Part shown: positions 26,337 through 39,245 of the stretch, piece by piece
Position numbering within the stretch: position 1 is the first letter of the stretch
Layout: every line of letters begins with the position of its first letter
Assembly: GCA_964036045.1 (NCBI GenBank)
Contig: OZ038378.1
Coordinates: 155,186,001 to 155,250,000 of the forward strand
DNA length: 64,000 nt
Direction: 5' to 3'
Source: Eutreptiella sp. 'Long Island Sound 2002'
Lineage: Eukaryota > Protista > Euglenida
The notes under the pieces: generated by a model
The model's database searches: none
Seen by the model: the letters and a program-made list of their open reading frames with translations, nothing else
Told to the model about the DNA's origin: nothing
Position numbers and translations under genes: made by a program

Positions 26337-27758
26337 GTCCCCTGCGACAATGTGTACGCATGTGATATTCTAAAACGCAATTGGAACCGGAAACACATTG
26401 GTGTGGCCATGAAATTTGTTGATGGCCTTGCCCGAATCATGGGCTTCAACATGAATGCCACTATAATGGGGAATGCTTCCTGCGCGCCGCAGGTGCGCTG
26501 TGGGCGCACAGCAGGGAAAGGGTGATTGGCTTTAATGTACATTGTCCAACAAAATGACCCCGTGGACCATACGGCTTGTAGTTGACGTTGCAATTAGTGA
26601 TGAAATGCTGTTCACAGCATGGACCATCCAATGGAGTAGTAGGATGTGCTCCTCCCACATCTAGCTTGGTGCACGGCGCGCGGCACACAACCCAATGGTA
26701 CAATTGGGCAAACGGATGGTCTCCATGGCCTCGAATGAAAGAGTGCCCATCACGGATCAACATCATGGGGAATCAAATACACCGGTTGTGAAAGATAGAG
26801 GCCCACAAAGGGGAATGTACAATTAAATATGATTGAAATGTGGTGTGTGTGGGGGTGGGGAGGGGTTAAACGGTGTGTAACATATGTAGGTATGCATGCG
26901 GCAATGTTCCGCCTCTGTTCTAGTATAATTGCGCAAACTGCGCGCCGCAAAGCACACCGCAGGGCGCACCGCAGGCGCCGCAGGGAAAGTGTTCCCATGG
27001 GCCATGGGGCAACCAGGCTTTCAAATGGGGGGGGGGGTGTCGATAGAGCGCCCTGCATGGACCTCCCCCCTTCCCCCAAAAAAGGCCTCAATTGACGGTA
27101 CATGCAAAACCCTACCAAGACTAACCCCCGGAGCTTGGAGCTGACCGGGACCCTAAAATCGGGAATAGGATTTTCGGATTCAGCACGTCGAGGGGGTGCA
27201 AAAAAGCTATCACTTGGGAAATATGTGGTGAAAATAAATGGAGCACTGTTAATACTCAAAACCTTTTTGGAAGCCGCCGGGGCTCAGAATGACTAATTGA
27301 TGCTCACGTCGGTTGAGCCCTTGTCCTAGACCCCCCCCCCAGTTTTGGGGGCTCTATTGACCCCCTCCCCGCACTCTTAGCTAAAAGCCGGGTTGTCCAT
27401 GGGTAGATCATAATGAAAAACTTTTACCGTCCCTCGGGGCAATGATTTTCGCAATTGCGACCCTAAAGCTTCAACGCCTGAAGAAGCGCTATAAATACTT
27501 CGGTGTCTAGTTTTTGTTGATAGGCCCAAATGGAGGGCTTTGCTGCAATCTTTGGAACCACCATCCCCGGCCGGTCTCCAAGAGGAAGGGGAGGGGGGCT
27601 TTCATGAGAAAGTGGACACCATGCGGGTTTGCCGACCCCCTTTGATGAAAATGCTCACGGGCGCGTTGAAGGGTTTTTTTGGATGCAATGGCAGGGGCAA
27701 TGTGTTGTAGGAAAAAAATGCCCATGTACAGTCTTCCTGTAGGAAAAATGCCCTTGCA

Positions 27759-28709
27759 ATGAATTTTGTGCCTCTTGCATCAGTGTGCATGCGTGCCACA
27801 CTGCCCAATCGTTCCTGTTCTCCCCCATTATGCTCCTTTGCAGAAGACATTGCATGGTGTGTTGCAAAACAAAGTGACAGTGACAGTGATAGTGACACTC
27901 ACACTAACAGTGAGAGTGACAATGAATTGGGGTTCGCCCTTTATTGGGGAGACTTTGTCGATCAGCCACACGCTAACATAACCCTTAAACTAGCCTTCCA
28001 CCAACTTGGCAACCGTCACCTTGTATTCACCGATGCAAAACTAGATAGCACAAGGCGATGGTGTTTGCCTCTTGCAACTTTGAACATGTTCATCGACAAT
28101 ATGACGGTCCCCGACTATCCGGTGATTACCATGCCAGCTTTCCCTAAGGTGCGTCATACTAGTGTGCGGCCTACAGAGGCCACAAAATGTTGCCTCTTTT
28201 GTGACAGCCCGGTGTCTTTGCGGCATATGCGCAACCACTTGCAAAAAAATGGAGATGGTGGCTGATCAATGTGTGCGGTAGATGCTGAGCCGTGTGGTCT
28301 TTGTGGCTGGACAAGAGACACCCGTGTCAACACTTTTGTAGGCAAAATAGTCAAAGCTAGTTGTCCGTATGCATTTACCTTCAAACTTGCTATCGCCAAG
28401 AGAAAAAGAGAAAATGTCTCAAGAGAATGCCTAGTGCCTTTGTGTAGCGCCGTGCCTTGGGCTATCAATAGCAAGTGCTATATGGCACGCTGCCATCCCA
28501 CGGTTGCACTGGACACGATTGATTTCAGTGAGTGGTATATTGCCGTACCACCGGCAGCGAAAAATAAAAAGGAGAAAAAGAAACCTATGTCACTCTTGCA
28601 CCCGCGTATCACAGTGAAAGTGGTTCAAGCTGCTGCAGCTTGCGGCCCTTCAGACTACACCGCCTTCTCTAAGGCATCGGGGGGTACTTGCACTTCGTCT
28701 GCCCCATAG
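27759..28709 (+). pseudogene. Cys/His-rich putative zinc-binding protein split by one in-frame TGA (28263-28265)
   Basis: ORFs 27759-28265 and 28269-28709 share a frame; CLFC..MRNH..EPCGLCG..SCPY..C..C..CHP. The 3' end runs into family A sequence. Confidence 0.5.
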
Positions 28710-31700
28710 AGGCCGGTTTTGCTTTGCCTGCTCCCTTGGGTCTGTTAGCCGCTTCACCGTGTGCTCTTCTTGCACCGCTGCCCAATGGGCTAAACCAGAC
28801 ACAAAGGCGCATAGGCCCACTAAGTGGGGTGTGTTAACAGCGTTAGTGAAAGAATACAGATGCGGTAGTGGGAGGACGAGGCACGGTTGTACGAGTGCGG
28901 AGCTTTGGCGGTAGTTGTGCTGTCGTTGTGCTATGCCATTTTGGAGGAACAGAAGCACCGGGAGGGTGGCGGACGGGGCGCGGGGGACGAGTTGGTGCTG
29001 AGCATGAAACCAAGAAAGTGAGTCCAAGGGCTGTGGCGCGGCAGTCATCCAAGGTAATGCACACATAGGGTGCTGCAAGGCCTAAAAGGCACGAAAGGCA
29101 AAGGGAGGCGTATGAACATGCACCCCCGGTTAGGGGTATCGAGAAGAGAAAAGCGTCCAAAGTAATTGCCGAACCACTAGGTTCTAGGGCACTCTAGCCG
29201 TGTGGTTCTTGCCCTATTGTACTTGCAAGAGATGTGTCCACCGGGGTGTGGCTTGACTGCTCTTGTGCCCCTACCCCAGCCATCGCTTCTCGCGGCGGTC
29301 CCCAAGCCCAAGCTTGCCCCTGCCAGGCCAAGGCCCAAGGGTGCCACTAGAGCCTTGGGGAGCAGTGAAGCGACACAATGCGCGAGAGGAGGGATACGGA
29401 AGGATGAACGAAGAAAGAGTCCAATTAGAATGACTACCAGCCAGATACCATCAGCGGGAGAGAGATACCAGATAAGCTGAGCGGGAGAGACTTGCCCCCC
29501 TCCCCCTCACCACCACACGTGGAGGCATGTCGGTGTATTGACAACTAACAAACGGTAACATGTACCTATGGATAGCTGCCTTTAGAGTTGGGAAGCGCGG
29601 TGATGCGGACCAATTGTGTCGTCGTGAATGGAGCTATCTCGCACTCAGAGTGGTGGCAAACACAAGTGGCCAATGCCGTGCAGGCATAGGTGAAAAGGCC
29701 ATAAAAAGTAGCATTAGGCGCCAATAAGTGGGCGGTGACGCTTCCGCACACTATAACCATGGTGGTTGTTATAGGTGACTACTAGTGCCTATACTCGATC
29801 GACAAGGTGCTGCAAGGCCTAAAAGGCACGAAAGGCAAAGGGAGGCGTATGAACATGCACCCCCGGTTAGGGGTATCGAGAAGAGAAAAGCGTCCAAACT
29901 ACTTGCCGAACCACTAGGTTCTAGGGCACTCTAGCCGTGTGGTTCTTGCCCTATTGTACTTGCAAGAGATGTGTCCACCGGGGTGTGGCTTGACTGCTCT
30001 TGTGCCCCTACCCCAGCCATCGCTTCTCGCGGCGGTCCCCAAGCCCAAGCTTGCCCCTGCCAGGCCAAGGCCCAAGGGTGCCACTAGAGCCTTGGGGAGC
30101 AGTGAAGCGACACAATGCGCGAGAGGAGGGATACGGAAGGATGAACGAAGAAAGAGTCCAATTAGAATGACTACCAGCCAGATACCATCAGCGGGAGAGA
30201 GATACCAGATAAGCTGAGCGGGAGAGACTTGCCCCCCTCCCCCTCACCACCACACGTGGAGGCATGTCGGTGTATTGACAACTAACAAACGGTAACATGT
30301 ACCTATGGATAGCTGCCTTTAGAGTTGGGAAGCGCGGTGATGCGGACCAATTGTGTCGTCGTGAATGGAGCTATCTCGCACTCAGAGTGGTGGCAAACAC
30401 AAGTGGCCAATGCCGTGCAGGCATAGGTGAAAAGGCCATAAAAAGTAGCATTAGGCGCCAATAAGTGGGCGGTGACGCTTCCGCACACTATAACCATGGT
30501 GGTTGTTATAGGTGACTACTAGTGCCTATACTCGATCGACAAGGTGCTGCAAGGCCTAAAAGGCACGAAAGGCAAAGGGAGGCGTATGAACATGCACCCC
30601 CGGTTAGGGGTATCGAGAAGAGAAAAGCGTCCAAAGTAATTGCCGAACCACTAGGTTCTAGGGCACTCTAGCCGTGTGGTTCTTGCCCTATTGTACTTGC
30701 AAGAGATGTGTCCACCGGGGTGTGGCTTGACTGCTCTTGTGCCCCTACCCCAGCCATCGCTTCTCGCGGCGGTCCCCAAGCCCAAGCTTGCCCCTACCAG
30801 GCCAAGGCCCAAGGGTGCCACTAGAGCCTTGGGGAGCAGTGAAGCGACACAATGCGCGAGAGGAGGGATACGGAAGGATGAACGAAGAAAGAGTCCAATT
30901 AGAATGACTACCAGCCAGATACCATCAGCGGGAGAGAGATACCAGATAAGCTGAGCGGGAGAGACTTGCCCCCCTCCCCCTCACCACCACACGTGGAGGC
31001 ATGTCGGTGTATTGACAACTAACAAACGGTAACATGTACCTATGGATAGCTGCCTTTAGAGTTGGGAAGCGCGGTGATGCGGACCAGTTGTGTCGTCGTG
31101 AATGGAGCTATCTCGCACTCAGAGTGGTGGCAAACACAAGTGGCCAATGCCGTGCAGGCATAGGTGAAAAGGCCATAAAAAGTAGCATTAGGCGCCAATA
31201 AGTGGGCGGTGACGCTTCCGCACACTATAACCATGGTGGTTGTTATAGGTGACTACTAGTGCCTATACTCGATCGACAAGGTGCTGCAAGGCCTAAAAGG
31301 CACGAAAGGCAAAGGGAGGCGTATGAACATGCACCCCCGGTTAGGGGTATCGAGAAGAGAAAAGCGTCCAAACTACTTGCCGAACCACTAGGTTCTAGGG
31401 CACTCTAGCCGTGTGGTTCTTGCCCTATTGTACTTGCAAGAGATGTGTCCACCGGGGTGTGGCTTGACTGCTCTTGTGCCCCTACCCCAGCCATCGCTTC
31501 TCGCGGCGGTCCCCAAGCCCAAGCTTGCCCCTGCCAGGCCAAGGCCCAAGGGTGCCACTAGAGCCTTGGGGAGCAGTGAAGCGACACAATGCGCGAGAGG
31601 AGGGATACGGAAGGATGAACGAAGAAAGAGTCCAATTAGAATGACTACCAGCCAGATACCATCAGCGGGAGAGAGATACCAGATAAGCTGAGCGGGAGAG

Positions 31701-34700
31701 ACTTGCCCCCCTCCCCCTCACCACCACACGTGGAGGCATGTCGGTGTATTGACAACTAACAAACGGTAACATGTACCTATGGATAGCTGCCTTTAGAGTT
31801 GGGAAGCGCGGTGATGCGGACCAATTGTGTCGTCGTGAATGGAGCTATCTCGCACTCAGAGTGGTGGCAAACACAAGTGGCCAATGCCGTGCAGGCATAG
31901 GTGAAAAGGCCATAAAAAGTAGCATTAGGCGCCAATAAGTGGGCGGTGACGCTTCCGCACACTATAACCATGGTGGTTGTTATAGGTGACTACTAGTGCC
32001 TATACTCGATCGACAAGGTGCTGCAAGGCCTAAAAGGCACGAAAGGCAAAGGGAGGCGTATGAACATGCACCCCCGGTTAGGGGTATCGAGAAGAGAAAA
32101 GCGTCCAAAGTAATTGCCGAACCACTAGGTTCTAGGGCACTCTAGCCGTGTGGTTCTTGCCCTATTGTACTTGCAAGAGATGTGTCCACCGGGGTGTGGC
32201 TTGACTGCTCTTGTGCCCCTACCCCAGCCATCGCTTCTCGCGGCGGTCCCCAAGCCCAAGCTTGCCCCTGCCAGGCCAAGGCCCAAGGGTGCCACTAGAG
32301 CCTTGGGGAGCAGTGAAGCGACACAATGCGCGAGAGGAGGGATACGGAAGGATGAACGAAGAAAGAGTCCAATTAGAATGACTACCAGCCAGATACCATC
32401 AGCGGGAGAGAGATACCAGATAAGCTGAGCGGGAGAGACTTGCCCCCCTCCCCCTCACCACCACACGTGGAGGCATGTCGGTGTATTGACAACTAACAAA
32501 CGGTAACATGTACCTATGGATAGCTGCCTTTAGAGTTGGGAAGCGCGGTGATGCGGACCAGTTGTGTCGTCGTGAATGGAGCTATCTCGCACTCAGAGTG
32601 GTGGCAAACACAAGTGGCCAATGCCGTGCAGGCATAGGTGAAAAGGCCATAAAAAGTAGCATTAGGCGCCAATAAGTGGGCGGTGACGCTTCCGCACACT
32701 ATAACCATGGTGGTTGTTATAGGTGACTACTAGTGCCTATACTCGATCGACAAGGTGCTGCAAGGCCTAAAAGGCACGAAAGGCAAAGGGAGGCGTATGA
32801 ACATGCACCCCCGGTTAGGGGTATCGAGAAGAGAAAAGCGTCCAAACTACTTGCCGAACCACTAGGTTCTAGGGCACTCTAGCCGTGTGGTTCTTGCCCT
32901 ATTGTACTTGCAAGAGATGTGTCCACCGGGGTGTGGCTTGACTGCTCTTGTGCCCCTACCCCAGCCATCGCTTCTCGCGGCGGTCCCCAAGCCCAAGCTT
33001 GCCCCTGCCAGGCCAAGGCCCAAGGGTGCCACTAGAGCCTTGGGGAGCAGTGAAGCGACACAATGCGCGAGAGGAGGGATACGGAAGGATGAACGAAGAA
33101 AGAGTCCAATTAGAATGACTACCAGCCAGATACCATCAGCGGGAGAGAGATGCCAGATAAGCTGAGCGGGAGAGACTTGCCCCCCTCCCCCTCACCACCA
33201 CACGTGGAGGCATGTCGGTGTATTGACAACTAACAAACGGTAACATGTACCTATGGATAGCTGCCTTTAGAGTTGGGAAGCGCGGTGATGCGGACCAATT
33301 GTGTCGTCGTGAATGGAGCTATCTCGCACTCAGAGTGGTGGCAAGAGCAAGTGGCCAATGCCGTGCAGGCATAGGTGAAAAGGCCATAAAAAGTAGCATT
33401 AGGCGCCAATAAGTGGGCGGTGACGCTTCCGCACACTATAACCATGGTGGTTGTTATAGGTGACTACTAGTGCCTATACTCGATCGACAAGCGTCAACCG
33501 TTTGCATATGGACTGGCATGTTTTGCAATCACATGCAACAAGCGCTTGCAAGCCTAGAAGAGTCGCGGGGGATCACAGTTTTTATGGCGCCGCCGCTTTT
33601 GGGTCACCAGGGGGGATGCTTTCACTTTATCTACGCCACATAGGCCCGTTTTGCTTTGCCTGCTCCCTTGGGTCTAGTGACCCCTTCACCGTGTGCTCTT
33701 CTAGTACCACTGCCCGTTGGGCTAAACCAGACACAAAGACACATAGGCCCACTAAGTGGGGTGTCTCTGGGGTGTTAGTGCAAAAAAAAAAAGATACAGT
33801 AGGGCAACGACGAGGGACGGTTATACAAGTCCAGAGCTTTGGCGGTAGTGGTGTTGTCGGTGTGCTATGCAATTTTCGAGAAACAGAAGCACCGGGTGGG
33901 TGGCAGACGGGGCGGAGGGGACGCGTTGGTGCTGGGCATGAAACCAAGAAAGTGAGTCCAAGGGCTGTGGCGCGGCGGTCATCAGCGGCAATGTGCAGAA
34001 AGGCGGTTGCAAGGCCTAATGGACAGAAAAGGCAGAGAGAGTCGTATAATCGGGCACCCCAGGTTAGGGGTATCGCGAAGAGAAAACAGTCTAAACTAGA
34101 TAAAGAGATGTGTCCACTGGGCTGTGTGTTGACGGCTCCTGTGCCCCTACCTGTGCTAGCGCCACTCGCAGCGGTCCCCACGCCTAAACTTGTCCCCGCC
34201 ACGCCCACGGCCAAGGGTGCCAAGGGAGCTGATTGGGGAGTAGCAAAGAGACACATTGCAGGGTAGGAGGGGGATACGGAAGGATGAACGAAGGAAGAAG
34301 CCAGTTGGGACAACTACAAGGCAGATACCCTGAGCGGGAGAGAGTTACCCCCCCCAAATTCCCGCCAGACCACCGTAAGTGAAGGGGGGCGTGTCTCTCG
34401 GCAACTGGCGCACGTCGGTGCATTGGTGGCCAACGAACGGGAAAATGTACATGTGGATTACAGCCGTTAGACTTGGGAAGCGCGGTGATGCGGACAAATT
34501 GTGGCGTCGTCAATGGAGTTACATCGTACTCAGTGTGGGGGCTAGAGCAAGTGGCCAATGCCACGCAAGCATAGGTGAAAAAGCCATAAGAAGTAGCATT
34601 GGGCGCCAATAAGCTGCTAGTGACGCTTGTGCACACAATCCCTATGGTGGTTGTTTTAGATGACTACCAGTGCCTATATATCACAGACAAGCGTCCATTG

Positions 34701-37700
34701 TTTGCAAATCGATTTGCATGTTTTGCAATGACACGCAACAAGTGCTTGCAAGCCTACAAGAGGAGCCGAGGATCAAACTTTTTGCGGCGAGGCCGCTTTT
34801 GGATCAGCGGGCGGGATACTTTCACTTCGTCTACCACACAAAGAACAGTTTTGCTTTGCCCGCTCCCTTGGGTCTGCTATGTGCTTCACCGTGTGCTCTT
34901 CTTGCACCACTGCCCGGTGGGCTAAACTAGACAAAAAGGCGCATAGGCCGAATAGGTGGGGTGTCTGTCGGGTGTGAGTGCAAAGAATACAAAAAGGGTG
35001 GTGCGAGGATGAGGCACGGTTGTACAAGGCTAGTGCTTTGGCAAGAATGGTGTTGTCGCCGTGGTATGCAATTTTGGACGAATAGAAGCACCGGCTGGGT
35101 GGCGGACGGGGCGTAGGGGACGGGTTGGTGCTGGGCATGAGAACAAAGAAAGTGAGTCCAAGGGTTGTGGTGCGGCGGTCATCAGCGGTAATGCGCAGAA
35201 AGGCCGTTGCAACGCCTAATGGACAAGCAAGGCAAAGAGAGGCGTATAACCATGCACCCCAGGTTAGGGGTATGGAGAAGAGAAAAGCGTCCAAACTACT
35301 TGCGGACTACCATCTTCTACGGGCCTCTAGTTGTGCGGTTGGGGCCCTATTTCACTTGCAAGAGATGTGTCCACCGGGGTGTGTGTTGACTGCTCTTGTG
35401 CCCCTACCCTAGCCATCGCCTCTCGCAGCGGTCCCCAAGCCCAAGCTTGCCCTGCCAGGCCCACCGCCAAGGGTGCCACTGGAGCTGGTTTGGGGAGCAG
35501 GAAAGAGACGCCATACACGGTAGGAGGGGGATACAGAAGGATGAATTGGCAACCAACGAACGGTAACATACACCGGTGGATAGCAGACGCTAGAGTTGGG
35601 AAGCACAGTGATGCGGACAAACTGTGTCGTCGTCAATGGAGCTACATTGTACTCAGTGTGGGGCAGGAGCAAGTGGCCAATGCCGTGCAACTTCAGGTGA
35701 AAAGGCCATAAGAAGTAGCATTGGGCGCCAATAAGTGGCTAGTGACGCTTCTGCAAACAATCACTATGATGTTGTGTTAGGTGACTATCAGTGCTTATAC
35801 TCGATAGACAAGCGTCAACCATTTGCAGATGCATTTGCATGCTTTGCAATGATGTGCAACAAGTGCTTGCAAGCATAGAAGAGGCGCTGGGGATCGTATT
35901 TCTTACGGCACGGCCGCTTATAGGTAAGCGGGGGGGATATTTTCACTTCGGCTACCCCACAGATGTCCTCCCTTGGGTCTGCTGGCGCCTTCTCCGTGTG
36001 CTCTTCTTGCTCCACTACCTGATGGGCTAAACTAGACACAAAGACACATAGGCCCATCAAATTGGGGTTTCTGTGGGGTGTTAGTGCAAAAAATACAGAT
36101 ACGGTAGTGCGACGACGAGGCACGGTTATGTAAGTCCGGGGCTTTGGCAGGAGTGGTGTTGTGCATGTGCTATGCACGTTTGGAGAAACAGAAGCACCGG
36201 GTGGGTGTCGGACGGGGCGCAAGGGAGGGGTTGGTGCTGGGCATGAAACCAAGAAAGTGAGTCCAAGGGCTGTGGGGCAGCGGTCATCGGCGGTAATGTG
36301 CAGACACGCGGTGCCAACACCCAACGGAGAGAAAAGGCAAAGAGAGTCGTATACCCTAGGTTAGGGGTATTGAGAAGAGAAAAGCGTCCAAACTACTTGC
36401 GGACTACCAGCTTCTACGGGCCTCTAGCTTTGCGGTTGTTTCCTATTGTACTTGCAAGAGATGTGTCCACTGGGCTGTGTGTTGACTGCTCCTGTGCCCC
36501 TACCCGTGCCAGCGCCACTCGCACTGGTCCTCAAGCCCAAGCTTGCCCCTGCCAGTCCCACGGCCAAGGGTGGCATTGGAGCTGGTTTGGGGAGCAGCAA
36601 AGAGACGCAATGCACGGTAGGAGGGGGATACGGAAGGATGAACGAAGGAAGAGGCAAGCTGGGACACTTACCAGCCAGATACGCTGAGCAAGAGAGAGTA
36701 CCCCCCCCCCCTCCTCCCCTGCCGCAAGTGGAGGGGTATGCCTTTCTCGGGAACCGGCGCATGTCAGTGCATTGGCGGCCAGCGAACAGTACCATATACC
36801 TGTGGAGAGCGGACGTTAGAGTTGGGAAGCGCGGTGATACGGACAAATTGTGTCGTCGTGCATGGAGCTCCATACACATCACTTTTGACGGGGAACGCTG
36901 TGACAGGGAGGACGACCCCATAGACATCACTTTTGACGGGGAACTTTGTGACTCCATGGATGTCTCTTTTCACGGGGGTTTCCGTGAGAAGCAGGTGTGG
37001 AAGGTGCTGCAAAGTGCAAAGCAAGACGGACTTGGGTTGGATGATGGCTCCCGGGACTGTGCATTCCGGGTCATTCTGTGCCGCCAGTGGAGGCATAGGA
37101 GAGAAGGCCATAAGAAGTAGACCTGGGTCCCAAGAAAAGGCCAGTCACCCTTCTTCACACCATCCCTATGGTGGATGTGTTAGGTGACTACCAGTGCCTA
37201 TACGCGACAGACAAGCGTCAACCGTTTGCATATTGATTTGGATGTTTTGCAATCACATGCAACAAGTGCTTGCAAGCCTAGAAGAAACGCTAGGGATCAT
37301 ATTTTTGACGGCACGGCCGCTTTTGGGTCACCAGGGGGGATGCTTTCACTTTGTCTACCCCACAGATGCACTCCCTTGGGTCTGCTATGTGCTTCACCGT
37401 GTGCTCTTCTTGCTCCACTACATGGTGGGCTAAACCACACACAAAGACACGTAGGCCCACTAGGTGGGGTGTCTTTAGGGTTTAGTGCAAAAAATAAAAA
37501 TACGGTAGTGCGACGACGAGGCAGGGTTATGCAAGTCCGGGGCTTTGGCACGAGTGGCGTTGTCGCTGTGCTATGCAATTTTCGAAGAAAGAGAAGCACC
37601 GGTTGGGTGTGGGACGGGGCGCAAGCGAGGTGCTGGGCATGAAACCAAGAAAGTGAGTCCAAAGGCTGTGGCGCAGAGGTCATCAGCGGTAATGCGCACA

Positions 37701-39245
37701 CAGGCGGTTGCAACACCCAATGGGCACAAAAAGCAAAAAGAGGCGTATAATCGTGCAGCCCAGGTTAGGGGTATTGAGAAGAGAAAAGCGTCCAAACTAC
37801 TTGCGGACTACCGGCTTTTAGGGGCCTCTAGCTATGCGGTCGCTGCCCTATTGTACTTGAAATAGATGTGTCCACCGGGGTGTGTGTTGACTGCTCTTGT
37901 GCCCTTACCCGTGCCAGCGCCACTCGCAGCGGTCGACAGGCCCAAGCTTGCCCCTGCAAGGCCCACGGCCCAGGGTGCCATTGGAGCTGGATTGGGGAGC
38001 AGCAAAGAGAAGCAATGCACGGTAGGAGGGGGATACGGGAGGACGCACGAAGGAAGAAGCCAGCTGGGACGACTAGCAGCCTGATACCTTGAGCAAGAGA
38101 GAGTTACCCCCCCCCCCCCCTCGCCCACCGCAAGTGGAGGGGTACGTGTGTCTCGGGAAGCGGCGCATGTCCATGCAGTGGCGACCAGCGAACACTACCA
38201 TATACGTGCGGGTAGCGGACGTCAGAGTTGGGAAGCGCGGTGATGCGGACCAATTGTGTTGCCGTGAATGGAGGTATATCGCACTCAGTATGGGGGCAAA
38301 CACAAGTGGCCAATGCCGTGCAGGAATAGGAGAAAAAGCCATAGGAAGTAGCATTAGGCGCCAATAAGTGGGCGGTGACGCTTGCGCGCACGATCCATAT
38401 GGTGATTGTTTTAAGTGAGTACCAGTACAGACAGACAAGCGTCAACCGTTTGCATATGGATTTGCATGTTTTGCAATCACATGCAACAAGTGCTTGCAAG
38501 CGTAGAGGAGGCGCCGGGGATCATATTTTTTACGGCACGGGCGCTTTTGGCTCGGCGGGGGGGATACTTTCACTTCGTCTACCCTACATAGGCCGGTTTT
38601 GCTTTGCTGATCCCTTGGGTCTAGTGGCCCCTTCACGGTTCGCTCTTTTAGCACCACTGCCCGGTGGGCCAAACCAGACAAAAAGGCGCATGGGCCCACT
38701 AAGTGGGGTGTCTCTGGGGTGTCACCGCAAAAAAAAAAAAGACACAGTAGTGCGAGGATTAGGCACGTTTATACAAGTCCGGAGCTTTGGGAGGAGTGGT
38801 CTTGTCGCTGTGCTATGCAATTTTGAAGAAACAGAAGAACCCAGTGGTTGTTGGACAGGAAGCAGGGACGGGTTGGTGCTGGGCATGAAACCAAGAAAGC
38901 GAGTCCAAGGGCTGTGGCGCGGCGGTCATCGGCGGTTATGTGCAAAAAGGCCGTTGCATCGCGTAGTGGACAGGAAAGGCAAAGAGAGGCGGATAACCGT
39001 GCACCCGAGGTTAGGGGTATCGAGAAGAGTAAAGCGTCCAAACTACTTGTAGGCTACCGGCGTCTAGGGCACTTTTGCCGTGCGGTTCTTGCCCTATTGC
39101 ACATGCAAGTGATGTGTCCACCGGGCTGTGTGTTGACTGCTCTTGTGCCCCTACCCCTGCCAGCGCCTCTCGCAGCGGACCCCAAGCCCAAGCTTGCCCT
39201 CACCATGCCCACGGCTTGGGGAGCAGCTAAAAGACGCAATGCACG
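28680..39245 (+). repeat. Family A macrosatellite, right array
   Basis: Same landmarks and translations as 757-7880; unit starts at ~28700, 33620, 34820, 35940, 37340, 38570; units more diverged from one another. Confidence 0.9.
29069..33490 (+). repeat. 6 x 737-bp near-identical tandem array (sub-segment of a family A unit)
   Basis: ORF starts 29202, 29939, 30676, 31413, 32150, 32887 (period 737); junction TCGACAAG/GTGCTGCAAGG; normal family A sequence resumes at 33491. Confidence 0.97.

Noticed and set aside
29069-33490. Regular repeats as CRISPR arrays (also the 31-bp and 103-bp arrays)
   Set aside because: No unique spacers between constant repeats, no cas genes, eukaryotic context
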